Part shown: positions 1 to 12,109 of the stretch, one piece after another
Numbering within the stretch: position 1 is the first letter of the stretch
Layout of the letters: the number at the start of each line of letters is the position of its first letter
Origin: Xylographa opegraphella
Lineage: Eukaryota
Reading direction: 5' to 3'
NCBI GenBank assembly: GCA_022813865.1
Contig: JALDZX010000001.1
Coordinates: 558,001-622,000 of the forward strand
Length of the DNA stretch: 64,000 bases
Notes under the pieces: model-generated
The model's database searches: none
What the model was told of the DNA's origin: nothing
Seen by the model: the letters and a program-made list of their open reading frames with translations, nothing else
Program-made: the position numbers and the translations under genes

Positions 1-5
1 ACGCC

Positions 6-1237
6 ATGGGACCTGAGCAAAGTATATACCCAGCATTGCATACTCACCATTCTGTCTCGATCTGACTGTTGGAGCTAGGATACAATGGAGCTCTTGACTT
101 GTCTGACATGGACGCGCCAACTGCGCGTCTCCTTCTGGAGTTTTACCTTGAAGATCTAGAGTTAATTGAAGCTCGTCAAAAGAGAAAGCAGAAGTTAGGC
201 GAGAAAACGGATTCTGAGCTCGCAGTTGACCTTCTGAAGCAAGACATTGCAAAATTGCAATCTACGCTTTTAGATCGGCGTATTGCTCAGAGCTTCGCCG
301 TAGCTGTCCATCGAGACGCTGAAGCAATCGGCCTGTTGGTTCAAGATGAGGAAACAGCGGCACGAGACCATATACTAGCTTGTGAGCTTGATCAAGAGCA
401 GCAGAATAGGCAGCCTGGAATCAACACTGCCAAGTTCTACAACCCTCAGACAACCATTGCCAGAAAAGCGGCCGAACTTGAGCTCATGATGGAGAATCTG
501 CGTGCATATAACAAGCCGGAAGTCTGTAGGCCTGAACCTTCTTCATCTTCAAACGGCGCTGTCGAACTTGCAAACTTTACTATACAGCAAGAGATATGTA
601 TAATATGCGAGGAAGTGAAGCACTTGTTCGATATTCTACAAGCCCCATGCGGCCACCACTATTGCCGAGAGTGTATAAAAGAGGTCGTACAGGTCTCCAC
701 GGAAGACGAATCATTGTACCCTCCAAAGTGTTGCCAGATAGAAATCCCTATATCTAGAGCTATGGATTTCATCGCAATCGAATTGGTCGAGCGCTTTCGT
801 CATAAGGGCGAGGAGTTTTCTACACTCGATCGAACTTATTGTAGAAACCGCGAATGTTCTACCTTCATTCCTCATAGGAATATCAAGCATGGGGTAGCTT
901 CATGTCCGTTATGCCAAAGAGAAACTTGTGCCATATGCAAAGACGGTGCTCATAAGAATGCCGATTGTCCTTTTGATCCAGATCAGCAGAGCATGGACGC
1001 ACTTGCTACGGAGAAGAGTTGGAAGAAGTGTCCTGTTTGCCAACGGCGTATTGAACTCTTCATGGGTTGTAACCACATTACGTTAGTAGTGAGAACCTCA
1101 TACTTTGTATGTCCGGCTAATATCAATGCAGCTGCCGTTGCCGTGCCGAGTTCTGCTACATCTGCTGTGCCAAATGGCGAACATGCCAGTGCCCCCATTG
1201 GAGCGAGAAGCTTTTGTTGGAAAGCCGTGGTCGATAG
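6..1237 (+). CDS. RBR (RING-IBR-RING, Ariadne-like) E3 ubiquitin ligase
   Basis: RING1 CIIC..PCGHHYCREC..PKCC, IBR TYCRNREC..CPLC..CAICK..H..C, RING2 KKCPVC..GCNHIT|CRCRAEFCYICC..WRTCQC after intron 1082-1131 (gttagt..gctaa..cag); stop TAG 1235-1237. Probable first exon from gccATGg at 6 with intron 22-78; alternative start ATG 108. Confidence 0.85.
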
Positions 1238-1732
1238 CACCGTATAGGCATGGCAGCTCCTGGCCCGGCATCAACACACGAAAGGCAATGCTTGGGATGA
1301 AGTGTGAGGTGGGCTCTTCTAATGAGATGGCTTCAGAGTTCATTCCAGGTGTAGTTGAGGCAGCAGGAAGTTTCCGCAGTCTGTATCCACATTCCCCTAA
1401 AGGTCTGAAAGGTCCGAAGAAGGCTTGGTACAGACGAATATGTAGTTGTTTGGTTTGAGTCTGAAAGAGACAAGACTTCTAGGGAAACCGAGATACACGG
1501 TAGATCAATGACACAACTCTCCCGTGCTTTGGTATCGGATAACAAGCGCAACGAGTTCACTGTGTTGATGAGATGCAGCTGGGATCTATAAAGCCGGAAA
1601 GAGGAATAATGAAGCCATGATACATGTTGAACAAAGTCTCAAAGGCCTTGATACTTGAAAGAGAAAAGGTTCCCCCAACCTGCCAATCCTGAATCATTTA
1701 TGCAATCATCACTTTTCAGTCTTGAAATATTC

Positions 1733-2111
1733 ATGTGCTATCACCGCTTCTATATCTATACTACCTGCGGCCACACATCATGGGGCCCCCTGCAGCATCC
1801 TTGTGCTTTCCTCTCTCCCAGCTCCCATATCTTCCAACCCCAATCCCCAAATCACCTGTCCCAAACGTACAAACCATCCTTTCCACACTATCCGTCTGCA
1901 TAGCCTCTGTCTCCTCTGCATCTGCGAAGAAAAGCACATGCTCCAAGCACGCGAAGAGCGTCGAGAAGCACTAGACCTGAACCCGAGGCGCGACACTAGC
2001 ACGTGGCGATGGCAGGAGCCGAAGGAGCAGCGGTCGCCAAGGTTGGTTGATCTGAATAACGAGCTGAGGGAGAGGATGATGGTAGAGACGGCAAGACAGT
2101 GGGCGCCATGA
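1733..2111 (+). CDS. Small Cys/His-rich fungal protein (MCY..CGH..C..HP..LC..C type), interrupted by a frameshift
   Basis: ATG 1733 gives MCYHRFYIYTTCGH...HPC; the matching half CPKRTNHPFHTIRLHSLCLLC plus a charged tail lies in the 1722..2111 frame; no usable intron between them. Confidence 0.5.
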
Positions 2112-2379
2112 TTGGTGGAGAAGCACTAGTTACGTATTCTAGGACTTAGAGGGCTTGACCGGATTTGGCAATTTTCGAGGTCGAAGCTTGGGCGCCGTTG
2201 ACAGTAATACATCAAAGTGACTCGACAAGGTACATCAGCGAGAGCTGCAGCGTTGCGACTCGGAATTTTTCGGCGTACGGAAGCTTGCCAATATCCATTG
2301 AATCGCTGTCGCCCATCGTGACATCACCCTCGACGTCGCCCGCCTATCATCATCACCACACCTCTACGAGCATTGCACA

Positions 2380-2756
2380 ATGCCTACACCAGAGTCGCCG
2401 CTATTCCTTGCCCGCAAACCAAAAGTCCCTCCGACCTTTGACGGCGTCAACTACGATAACAACGATGAGCTGAAGGCGGCTCAGGACGCGGTGCTGCGCG
2501 AGCAATGGGTCAAGAGCATGATGGCGCGGCTGGTGCGGGAGGAGATGGGGAAGTGCTACGTGCGGGAGGGGGTGAATCATTTGGAGAAGTGTGGGCGGTT
2601 ACGAGGTATAAGCAAATCAGCCTGTGGTGGTTCTGGGGTAAAGCGTATCGTTGACTGATTGGGTGAATGATAGATCGGTACTTGGAGCTGTTGAAGGATT
2701 CGAAGGTTCGGGGATATTTGTTTGAGCAGCAGAACTACATACCGAAAGAATCGTGA
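2380..2756 (+). CDS. NADH-ubiquinone oxidoreductase 12 kDa subunit (NDUFB10/PDSW-like)
   Basis: MPTPES..KPKVPPTFDGVNY..REQWV..RLVREEMGKCYVREGVNHLEKCG; intron 2606-2673; exon 2 DRYLELLKDSKVRGYLFEQQNY; TGA 2754-2756. Confidence 0.92.
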
Positions 2757-3036
2757 CAGATGGTTTCAATTGGAAGAGGTTAGCTGGGGCCGTGGGCATA
2801 GAGTGCATCTGCCCTGAGGACAGGCCTTGCCGTTCACTATACGTGGCACATCAAGCGGAAGGCAGCCATTGTAGGATCAAGCCAAGCACCGCTGGTCAAA
2901 CGAGACGCTCGGCTTAGATGACCGTCCTTTGTATGATAAGGACATAAATTCACGCATATCTGCAAAACTCCTTGAAGAAGACATGACTATCGAACCTGAC
3001 CCCCAATTGACGCCATGGGTATCTTGAGAAATGTTA

Positions 3037-4467
3037 TTACACCACCGAACTCGCGATTGCAGCAGGAAATGCTCCAGGTACTGCCCCGCCATGCGAGGTT
3101 TCATCTTCATTGTCATCACTATCGCCGACCAAGGTTGGCGCCTCATCTCCAGTTTCCGGAGGCGCTCTCATTCTAACTAATGTCTCGGCGTCAAGACTTG
3201 GTGGTATATATGTCTTCGGAGTATGTATCTTTCTTCCTGATGACAATGTGGCCCTCAGGGGATCTGATGGAGGTATCCGCTGCGAGCTGATCAAGTCGTT
3301 CTCCTTATTCCATTTCTTATCAAGCATCTCTAAAACTCTGGCCTCCTCAAACCGACCTGCATCGCTCCCCCAGTCTGCCCCTTTGACAATCTTTCTATCT
3401 TCTTTGCGCTCGGCCCAACTTTTCTTGAACTTTGCGAATACTTGCGTCTTCGAGCCTTCTTCCTCGTTTGATTTGAAACCCAATTCTTTCTTACCCGCGT
3501 CGAGCCAGGCAATAGCCTCGCCAGTCTTTCCACTAAGCTCAGCCTCGATGCCAAAGAATCGACAAGCTTTTGCCCTTGACGTCTTCCGGAGATCATCAAC
3601 GTACTTGGTCAAAGAGTCGTCGACAGCAACGCTCCCTCTGGTGTTTTTCAAACTTGTGAGGTGTGCATGTGCTCTTCCTGCGTCTTCACCGGCAGCAAGG
3701 CTAAACTTCGTAAATAGTCCAACGCGAACCTTTGGAATATCAGGTGCTTTGATCATCCAGTCTCTATCATTTTTGTTTCGGTCTTGCGCTACAAGTGCTG
3801 GGTACAAATCTTCCTTCGTTACGACCAACAGGGTAGCCTCAGACATGGCAAGGGAAGCCAGACCACTTTGCGCAAAGCTGCATATGTCAACAGCCGCTGG
3901 AGGCGGTGTGAACTCATTCGCTTTCGATGCGGTGTACGTATGAAGGGAATTAGCTTCGAGTAGATAGTTTTTGGCATTTGATATCGCGGCTGCTCGCTGT
4001 TCTGAGGTGGGCAGCGTGACCGCATAAAGTGTGAGTAATTGGCCTCTGGCCATCAAAGTATACGCGTAAGCAAGGGTAGTCAAGACGAAACAGATCTCAT
4101 AGTCAAGTCCTCTACCGCGCACTCGTGCCGCTTCTCTCCCTGCCACACACGAGGCCACGCAAGGTCTCCATTCCACCTCGACATCTTTCAGAAGGACGAC
4201 GTCAATTTCTTCATTGCTCACAGATTTGCCCGATAATCCAGCATCTAAAGCGAATAAATATGGTAAATAGTCGAGCAGGGCAGATATCACGACTGTCAGG
4301 TTGAATGCTTGGGAGGGAAGGGGCAGTCGCTTGTGTTTTTTTAAATTGGCACGAAGAATCTCGCGGTGCACAGTGGCTACTGGTATCAAGGAAGGATGAG
4401 AATTACTCTCAAAGCATCCAACGAACGATAGAGCCGAAGTCGTCGGGAGAGGAAATCCGTACGGCAT
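3037..4467 (-). CDS. palC: pH-response signalling protein PalC (BRO1-like domain)
   Basis: N-terminus MPYGFPLPTTSALSF, DRDWMIKAPDIPKVR, RAKACRFFGI, WGSDAGRFEEARVL, C-terminal PGAFP; intronless; ATG at 4467. Confidence 0.9.
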   Translation of the reverse strand: MPYGFPLPTTSALSFVGCFESNSHPSLIPVATVHREILRANLKKHKRLPLPSQAFNLTVVISALLDYLPYLFALDAGLSGKSVSNEEIDVVLLKDVEVEWRPCVASCVAGREAARVRGRGLDYEICFVLTTLAYAYTLMARGQLLTLYAVTLPTSEQRAAAISNAKNYLLEANSLHTYTASKANEFTPPPAAVDICSFAQSGLASLAMSEATLLVVTKEDLYPALVAQDRNKNDRDWMIKAPDIPKVRVGLFTKFSLAAGEDAGRAHAHLTSLKNTRGSVAVDDSLTKYVDDLRKTSRAKACRFFGIEAELSGKTGEAIAWLDAGKKELGFKSNEEEGSKTQVFAKFKKSWAERKEDRKIVKGADWGSDAGRFEEARVLEMLDKKWNKENDLISSQRIPPSDPLRATLSSGRKIHTPKTYIPPSLDAETLVRMRAPPETGDEAPTLVGDSDDNEDETSHGGAVPGAFPAAIASSVV

Positions 4468-4794
4468 GATGTGCGTTTTGCTGCTCGTAAGCCCGATCAC
4501 CCACTCGAGCATAATTCAGCCGGTAGTGTGTGCAAAGGATATCTTACGTACAAATATCCTAGCTGGATCGCCGCACGCCCACAGAATGATGGAGACACTC
4601 ATAGAATTATCCAACTTGATCGACCGAATGATAGCTGCCACACACAATCGGCAACTCAAAAACATCGAGCATTGTCCTTGGGTATATTGCGATGTTAGAT
4701 CTATTATGCAATCACGAAAATCTGACCGTGCGGCCTGAATGTGATTTCAAAGTCGCGAAAATCCTAGCACCGTTTATTTATCGAGGACCGCAAT

Positions 4795-6993
4795 ATGGCA
4801 CAGCAGTCGAAAGAACTCGTCAAATGTCATTGCTCAACATGCGACAACTACCTTTTCACATCTATTAATACCTGGTCGCGCTTGTCTAAGACCTACTTTA
4901 CCTTCTTATCTGAGCAACCAAAGGACTATTTTGGAACCGGTTTATCTACGACATTTCCTAACCGTGCTGGCTCCGCCGAGCTTGAAGGATGTGAGATCCA
5001 ATCGCTCTACTGCAACCAATGCAGTGTTCAGCTTGGGGTCAAGTGTATAACTGCGCCACCACTGATGATACAGCACAAGTATGTTCCATCTCATTTTGTA
5101 TGCTCTTTGTGAACTGTATTATAATCATGTGCCGAGTCTCTCTCCTCAAGACTGTCGCGAGGTGTATACTAGCAAAAAGTGCCAGTCCATGCTAGAATTG
5201 CTCTAATCTATAACCAATTTGTAACTGAGCACTTCCTTCGTGATGCTAATTATAAGTTAAATAGAGGCAGGAGCTTCTTTAGATTTACAAAAGTAACTCT
5301 AAAAAGTCCCACCACAGGAGTATCTGTGAGTATCAATATCGTGGATTCTACTTCCACTCCGCTCTCGTACAGTCTTGGAGCTACGCCGGAGCCGGATCTC
5401 CATGAGCCCAACCATGGAAAATCTGGCGATTCCGAATCACTCCCAGCTCTAGCAAATGGACGTTCGGTGCAAGGAGACGAAGTGAAGAGAATGGAGAAGA
5501 AGCTTGCGCGAGCCATTGGACTCATCAGTAGGCAGAGCGAGGAAATCGAAAACCTACTAAAAGCGGTTACTAGCCTGAAGCAAGGATTGGTGTCTGTACA
5601 GGAGTCAGTCGGGCGCATGGAATCTGATGTTTCCGCGTTACAAAGAGCCCATGACGGCTATGGAAGAAATCAAGAAGCTTCGGATAGACAAATCAATGAA
5701 GCCACAGCGAGGTATCATCACTTATCGACGGAGCCCCAAACCGACATTGTAAATATTCAACCCGAGTCCAGCTCCACGAGAATTCACTTCGACGCCCTTC
5801 AGGGTTCCAACCAAATACCACTTCATCCCGCTCAATCAAGACCGTTGCAAACTGCTAGGATGACAGGCCCACTTGCCAGAAGGCCTCTAGAGAATGCAAG
5901 TAATACTAGATCTCCATCTCATACTGCAACCATACGAGGATCATCCGCTAGCGGTATAAACAAAAGGAAGTCACCGGTAGCTCTCACAATTAGTGAAATA
6001 AGAGACGTGTCTATGAGCGAAGATCCTCCGCCGCCATCTGCGAATCCATTTGAGAACCATCAGTTTCAAATGAACAGCCATAGCAGGAGTCGTGACACAG
6101 AAATGGAATCTTCTGCAGACACTTTCGGGCGAGGCGAAACGATCATTGTCCAGTCACGCGGATCGACTCCAAAACACAATGCGATTGACCGCCTAATGGG
6201 GCCGCCAGCCCAGCCGACGACTAGAGCGGCGCCGGCTGAACCACTTCAACGGGTTAGATCTTCTGTTGAAAACATATCAAAAGCCTCGGGCGATGCAAGT
6301 GAAGCTGACACACAAGAATACCTTCGACGGACCGTCGCAACCGACGACGCAGATGATACAGATTATGAACCGTCCAATCGGTCACAAAGCCCTCAGAGCC
6401 AGTGGCCATCTGAGATTCCCGCGAGTGTCGAAGTGCAGTCAAGCCTCGATAATATTCTGGATCCTGTGACACCGTCCGTACGCAAAGAGCTACATGAATA
6501 TCCCTTCAGCGATTCTCGAGACACAGGTTACTTGGAACGAAGCTGGGCTGATAATAGTCGACAATCGACAGGATGGCATGAATCCGCCTGGGGAGGCTCT
6601 ACCGAGTGGAATCAAGATGGAACGACACCAGGCCGCGTAGGTCTACAGCACGTTCGCGGGTTGACCACCATGCGTCGAGGGGTCAGTCGAGGGTCCGGAC
6701 GAGGGGTGAAGCGGCTTAAGACAGCACGGGAGGGTAAAGTGGATGGAAGGAGCGCCGAAAAGCAGCGGGATGCCGAGGGTTACCTTTTAAGAGCGGATGG
6801 GACACGAGACATGCGATCAGCACGGTACCGAGACAAACAGAGCGCGGACCGTGCAGGCGGCGAACTGGTGGAGGGAGTGGCTGGTCCAATACAGGAGTAT
6901 GATGAAAATCACCAACGGACGATGAAGCTGATGTTTCCTGAAAGGTATTCACGATCTGACACCCCCAGCAGACGCAACGGTGTTACACTATAG
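4795..6993 (+). CDS. Protein with N-terminal Yippee/Mis18-like zinc module, coiled coil and long disordered tail
   Basis: Exon 1 has CHCSTC and ELEGCEIQSLYCNQC; intron 5079-5264 (gtatgt..gctaat..tag) joins in frame to KGRSFFRF of ORF 5179..6993; heptad-rich segment about 5480-5700. Confidence 0.65.
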
Positions 6994-8189
6994 GACGGGT
7001 GGAAGGGAGAATATCTGGAGACTGCGCCTTCTACATGAGGCGCAATATATTTAATGCTAATCACCCTTTCGGTTCTTGTTGGTATTCTATTACTTGGAGA
7101 GACCAGTCCGATGGACTGATTGTAACAATACTTGGCTTGACGAGCGACTTCCGCTCAGTCTAGCAGAACATAATGACCGATGTGAGTTCGGACTTTAAGC
7201 CATGGGGACTAACGGAGGGTTTACCCACTGAGATAAAAGTACAATTGATATCAGAGGTACCCTGAAGTACATGATATGTGTAGAACCCACATGTAAGCCC
7301 CAGTACGTCGGGTTACCTACTAACTTTCGGTACTTACTAAATTGGATGATGAGTCAGACGCCGTGCATACCGTCCAATAACACTGTGGGATCAAGGCCAC
7401 ATAAAACGTTAAGTGGTACTCCGTACTTACCCGAGCACTACTGGACTGTGGTTTGATTAGCGCCAAGGCCGATGACGATTCTATCCCGACTCCTGACCAC
7501 GACTCCTGAGCACCACCTCACCCTTAGCTTCTTGGCGGGCCCCCCACAGGTGACCAGCCACTGACGGTGGAATATATCGCCGACGCCGTGTTCAATCTCG
7601 CTGTTCTGCGTATCTCCACGACTTTTATCATTGTAGTCCTCATGTCAAGGGCCCATTGGGAATTTTTAGAAAGGTCCCACTGACCGTTCCCAGCACCAAC
7701 TGTTCCCCTGTACCTACGGCGATCAAGTCCAGCAGTTGGACCGACAGTGAAATCTAAATCTGTCCAACCCTTGACTATCCTCCTAGACACGACAGGAACG
7801 TTAGAAAGCTCCACACCTGCTCCTTCCTCCAGCTACCATTTGTTTTTCTTTATCGCGTTGGATAACTTCCAAACTGCTTGTACTCACAATCGCCGCGATC
7901 AACCTGCTGACATTTTCCGCTTGTGGCCGAAAGCTCCGTATATCAGCTTGAACATTTTCACCAAGATCCCGATCATTCTGGCACGCTGGCATCCTTTCAC
8001 CCTACCGTTGTCTCCCAGCCCCCAGATACTCAGCGTCGACGTCGGTCGTCAAGCGTCAAAGTACAGACTATACAACAAAACGCGGCGACCCTCATCAACG
8101 TTGGTGCCACGTCCGGGCTTACGGCGCGCAGCTACGTACCGTATCTGCAACCAGTCTCCGGCTCGCCATCCGTCGACGATCAATCTTTT

Positions 8190-9719
8190 ATGTCACTTTC
8201 GCGATCTCCTTCGCCCAGAGCGGGTGGGGGCTGGTCGAGCCCTGGACTTACCAGTCCTTTCGATACTTTGAGTGGGAGATCGTCTCCAAGGAAAGCATAC
8301 GGGGATTTACATATCAGCAATGGGGGCATCATGGGTAATGGAGTCACCTGGGCCTCCGCAAAAGCAAAAAGTGAAGAGGTGAATGGATATCCCTCGTTCT
8401 CAACCCGCAATAACGGCTTTTTTTCGAGAAGTGCGCGAAAGATCTCGAGTAGTTTGCCGAGATTTCACATGAGCGGTCGGCAGAATCATGCAGAGAAAGA
8501 GAAACTTGGCCGTGGAAGGTGGAACCCGAATGGAGGAAGTCGGCTTATTAGACTCAAAACACTACTTGCTTCTGTCACCCGGCGAATGAGGTTACGAATA
8601 CTTATTGTTCTTGGGATTATACTAGCCTTCGTATTATTCTATGTTACTCGTAAGCTCTTGCTTCTTTCAATGCCACTTAACGCTTATCATCAACTAGCCA
8701 TACATCGATTATATCGGCGGAGTTCCTTTCTGGGTGGTGGAAGCAAATTCGTCGTTGTTCTGGCAGCAAATCAGGGAGGAGGTGTAATGGAGTGGAAGGG
8801 TCCGAGGGAGTGGGCAATAGAAAGAGACAGCGTGAAAAACAAAAAGAAGTATGTCGCAAAATGGGGTTATGACTTGGAGATAGTGGATATGAGTACTAAG
8901 AAACGATACGCCCACGAGTGGAGAGAAAGTTGGGAGAAGGTCGATACAATGAGGAACTGCATGCGAAAATACCCGGAAGCTGAATGGTAAGTGGCCCCCT
9001 CTGTGGGAGGTCGAGAATCCTTTTCACTAACTGAGCATTATAGGTTTTGGTGGCTTGATCTCAATACCTTCATAATGGAACCCTCCTACTCTCTCCAAAG
9101 CCACATCTTCAATCAATTACCCAAGAACACCTACCGCGATATAAACGAGTACAACCCTCTTAATATCTCCCATCCCCTGACCGAAGCGTACCTCGATCCA
9201 ATCTCTCGCTCCGCCACTGGGGACAACAACCCCTCATCAATTGACCTTATCGTCCCGCAGGACTGCGGCGGCTTCAACCTAGGATCATTCTTCCTCCGAC
9301 GCTCCGCTTGGACGGATCGACTTCTCGACATCTGGTGGGACCCTGTAGCCTACGAACAAAAACACATGGAATGGGAGCATAAGGAGCAAGATGCACTGGA
9401 GCACCTCTATCTCACCCAGCCCTGGATTCGAAGTCATACCGCTTTTATCCCACAGCGGAAGATCAATAGCTTTCCGACCGGCGCTTGTGGTGAGAACGGC
9501 GAGGACCCACGCATCCACTACAAGGAGCAAGATCGAGACTTTGTCGTCAACATGGCCGGCTGTGAATGGGGCCGCGATTGTTGGGGCGAGATGTACAATT
9601 TCCGAGAGCTCAGCAACAAGCTGAATAGGACGCCGTGGGAGAAATTCAAGGATGGCATTAGCGACAGGTGGAAAGCCATGACCCAGGGTAAGAAGGAAGG
9701 AGATGGGAAACAGGGCTGA
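8190..9719 (+). CDS. mnn10: Alpha-1,6-mannosyltransferase subunit, GT34 (Mnn10-like)
   Basis: MSLSRSPSPRAGGGWSSPGL start, type II TM, KKRYAHEWRESWEK, AEW|FWWLDLNT, QDCGGFNLGSF, WEHKEQDALE, VNMAGCEWGRDCW; introns 8650-8697 and 8987-9043. Confidence 0.9.
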
Positions 9720-10724
9720 AGGTGACGACTGCCAATATCGATATCTATGACGACTGATATAAAGTCACCACTGCCTGATAAACGGCATGTCGACATATTG
9801 AGGATGGAAGACTACCTCACCTATACTCTACCGAGGACTACGGCAACTCTATCTCGCCAATCCAGAGAGTGCTGCTATGTCACTCATCTCCAACTCGGCT
9901 CCAAGCCACACATATTTCAACACAACACATTTATATCGACCGCATATCAGTCCTCGTCTCGAGTCAGGCTCGAGCAAGCACGGAGACATCCCCCTCCCTT
10001 GTCCGCATCTTGTAACATAGCCGCAACGCAACGTTTCTTGGTCATGGGGCGTGGGCCTCGATGTGAGTTTCGGTCTCGTGTCCTCGGTATAGAAGACCGT
10101 TTGGTGGCGGTAATGGAGGCCAAATATACCCTTACTTTAGATGGAATAATGGTACTCATGATCGCGTAACGCGCAGAGTTCTCTGAACATTGAATATTTG
10201 CTTCTATTCGGCTTACTTCACGACGAGTAAATCGCGGTTGTGTGCCTAGCTTTGGAAAGACTTCCACGACAGAGGCTTTATAGATCAAATGTATTTGTGG
10301 GAGAGGATGGATGATTCTACTGTAGGCTATATGAGCGGCAGATTAGAGTTATTTAATGCACCGAAAAGCATAAGGTACCCAACCCACCCGCATCCGCATG
10401 CTGCAGAAACACGCCGAGAAGTCGTTTGACTGAGGATATAAGACGCGACATGAGAACAATAGACAGCAAATGATATTTTGTGAAATCGCAAGATATGGTT
10501 CAGGGCACCGTGCGCTTCGCCCTCGCAATCCCCCACTCGTCTCCAATCCAGCTCATGGAGGAGTTGCTCGATTCGTAGAATCTCTGCTCCAGCCACTCCA
10601 TCCCGTCATAAGCACAATGCTCGCCAGCTTGTCATTCCTCGAAACCTATCAGGCTCGGACATCGCACCCACCGCAAAGCCTTCAAATGACTCCAGACTCC
10701 CGAAGTACGTTGACCACCTGGTAC

Positions 10725-12109
10725 CTAGACTCTTATCACACTCGCGTTTCCCCATCTCAGCCGCCTGAGACTGCCACTGTACCCCTTTGTGACCTCCCTT
10801 GTACATCCACCACCACCATTGCCCGCCATCTCCAACCGTCCCACTTCTTTGCCGTACGCGAATCCGGCTGAGAAGCTGATAGCACTGAATAGTACCACCA
10901 CTCCTGCGCTAACAACCCACGTCATCAGCGTCGGAGAGATGAGCAATTCTTCGGTAGAGGATCCTCGCCGCTTTTTCTTGGTGTAACGCCGATCACGAGA
11001 TAAGGATTTGCGCTTGCCTTTCCCTTGCAGTGAGGGCGCGGTTGAAGAGGCGACCGAAGAGCGCCGAGGTATGGGAAGGGACGTTGGCTCGGGTGAAGTG
11101 GCGAGGAGAGCGGATTCCGGGACCAGTCGTAGGGAGGAAGGCTGAATCCGATTGGAGGAGCTCACAGCTACCGTAGGCTGAGTACGGCTCGACGGCTCAC
11201 GTTTAGCTAAACCACGAGCCGCTGCGGCACAGGAGAGAAGGGTGGAAAGACTGGCCCGAAGAGCTGCGTCATGGTCGGCTTGAAAGGAAGGAGAGATCAT
11301 ATTATATGGTGTGTGAGACCTAGTACGTTGTGAAGGATAGGAATGCCGTTGCGCTGTGCTTCGGGTGCTAGCAGCTTGAGATGGGAAGTATGAACCTGGG
11401 ACAGGTGCCTGTCGTGACGACTGGGAAACAGGTGGGTGGGAGAAGGCATTTGGCTGTGGGGTAAAAGCGGGCTCAACGGTGTTGCTTCCTAGCGCTGTTG
11501 AATTACCATCATCGTCTTCATCTGATGGAGCATTTTCGGAGGCAGAAGATGCGGCCGGCGGTGGACTTTCGTCTTGTGTGAAGCGCGGATGGAGGTCTTC
11601 GTTTGAGCTACTCATGATTGGATCGGATTCGCTCTCGCTTTCTTCGTACTCTTCCTGGCTACTCCCCGTAGCACTTCGAGCCCTTACAGGAAGGTCGGCT
11701 TGTAGATTTAGATTGATGGGTCGATGCAGGCGACGCCGACGCCGAGCACTGACACCGTGTTGCCCCCGATGGCCTATAGACCCACCGTCGTCGGCAGTGG
11801 CGGAGGAAAGTGAGGACGACGAGGGTTGTGAGGAAACCTCGATCCAGGATTCTGTGTAATAGTCGAATGAGTATAAAGTCTCCATGATAAGAAACGCCTC
11901 TGATGCAATGTTGCTGCGGAGAATTGTGTATGGAGTACCATCTCGACGATCAAAGCTTCGTTGTGGATGGAGGGCTTACCATCTGATCTTAATCTCCTGA
12001 CGCCTGATAGCGACCTACTGACCGTTGCTGCCTCCTGTGGCCGCTGCGTAGGAAGTCTGGCATGATGGTCTCTTACATGGCCCAGCAGATCAAGGTCAGA
12101 TGTTTGCAT
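10725..12109 (-). CDS. Uncharacterised Ser-rich single-pass membrane protein with N-terminal WxxV motif
   Basis: 386-aa ORF from ATG 11885; more likely exon 1 from ATG 12109 spliced via intron 11979-11852 (gtaagc..cacag) to give RSD|ESWIEVSSQPSSSSLSS; C-terminal hydrophobic helix LMTWVVSAGVVVLFSAISFSAGFAYG. Confidence 0.75.

Noticed and set aside
3110..3943. 277-aa + strand ORF
   Set aside because: Antisense shadow of palC; the same applies to the shadows of nsr1 (13959-14792) and rpt1 (54455-55111).
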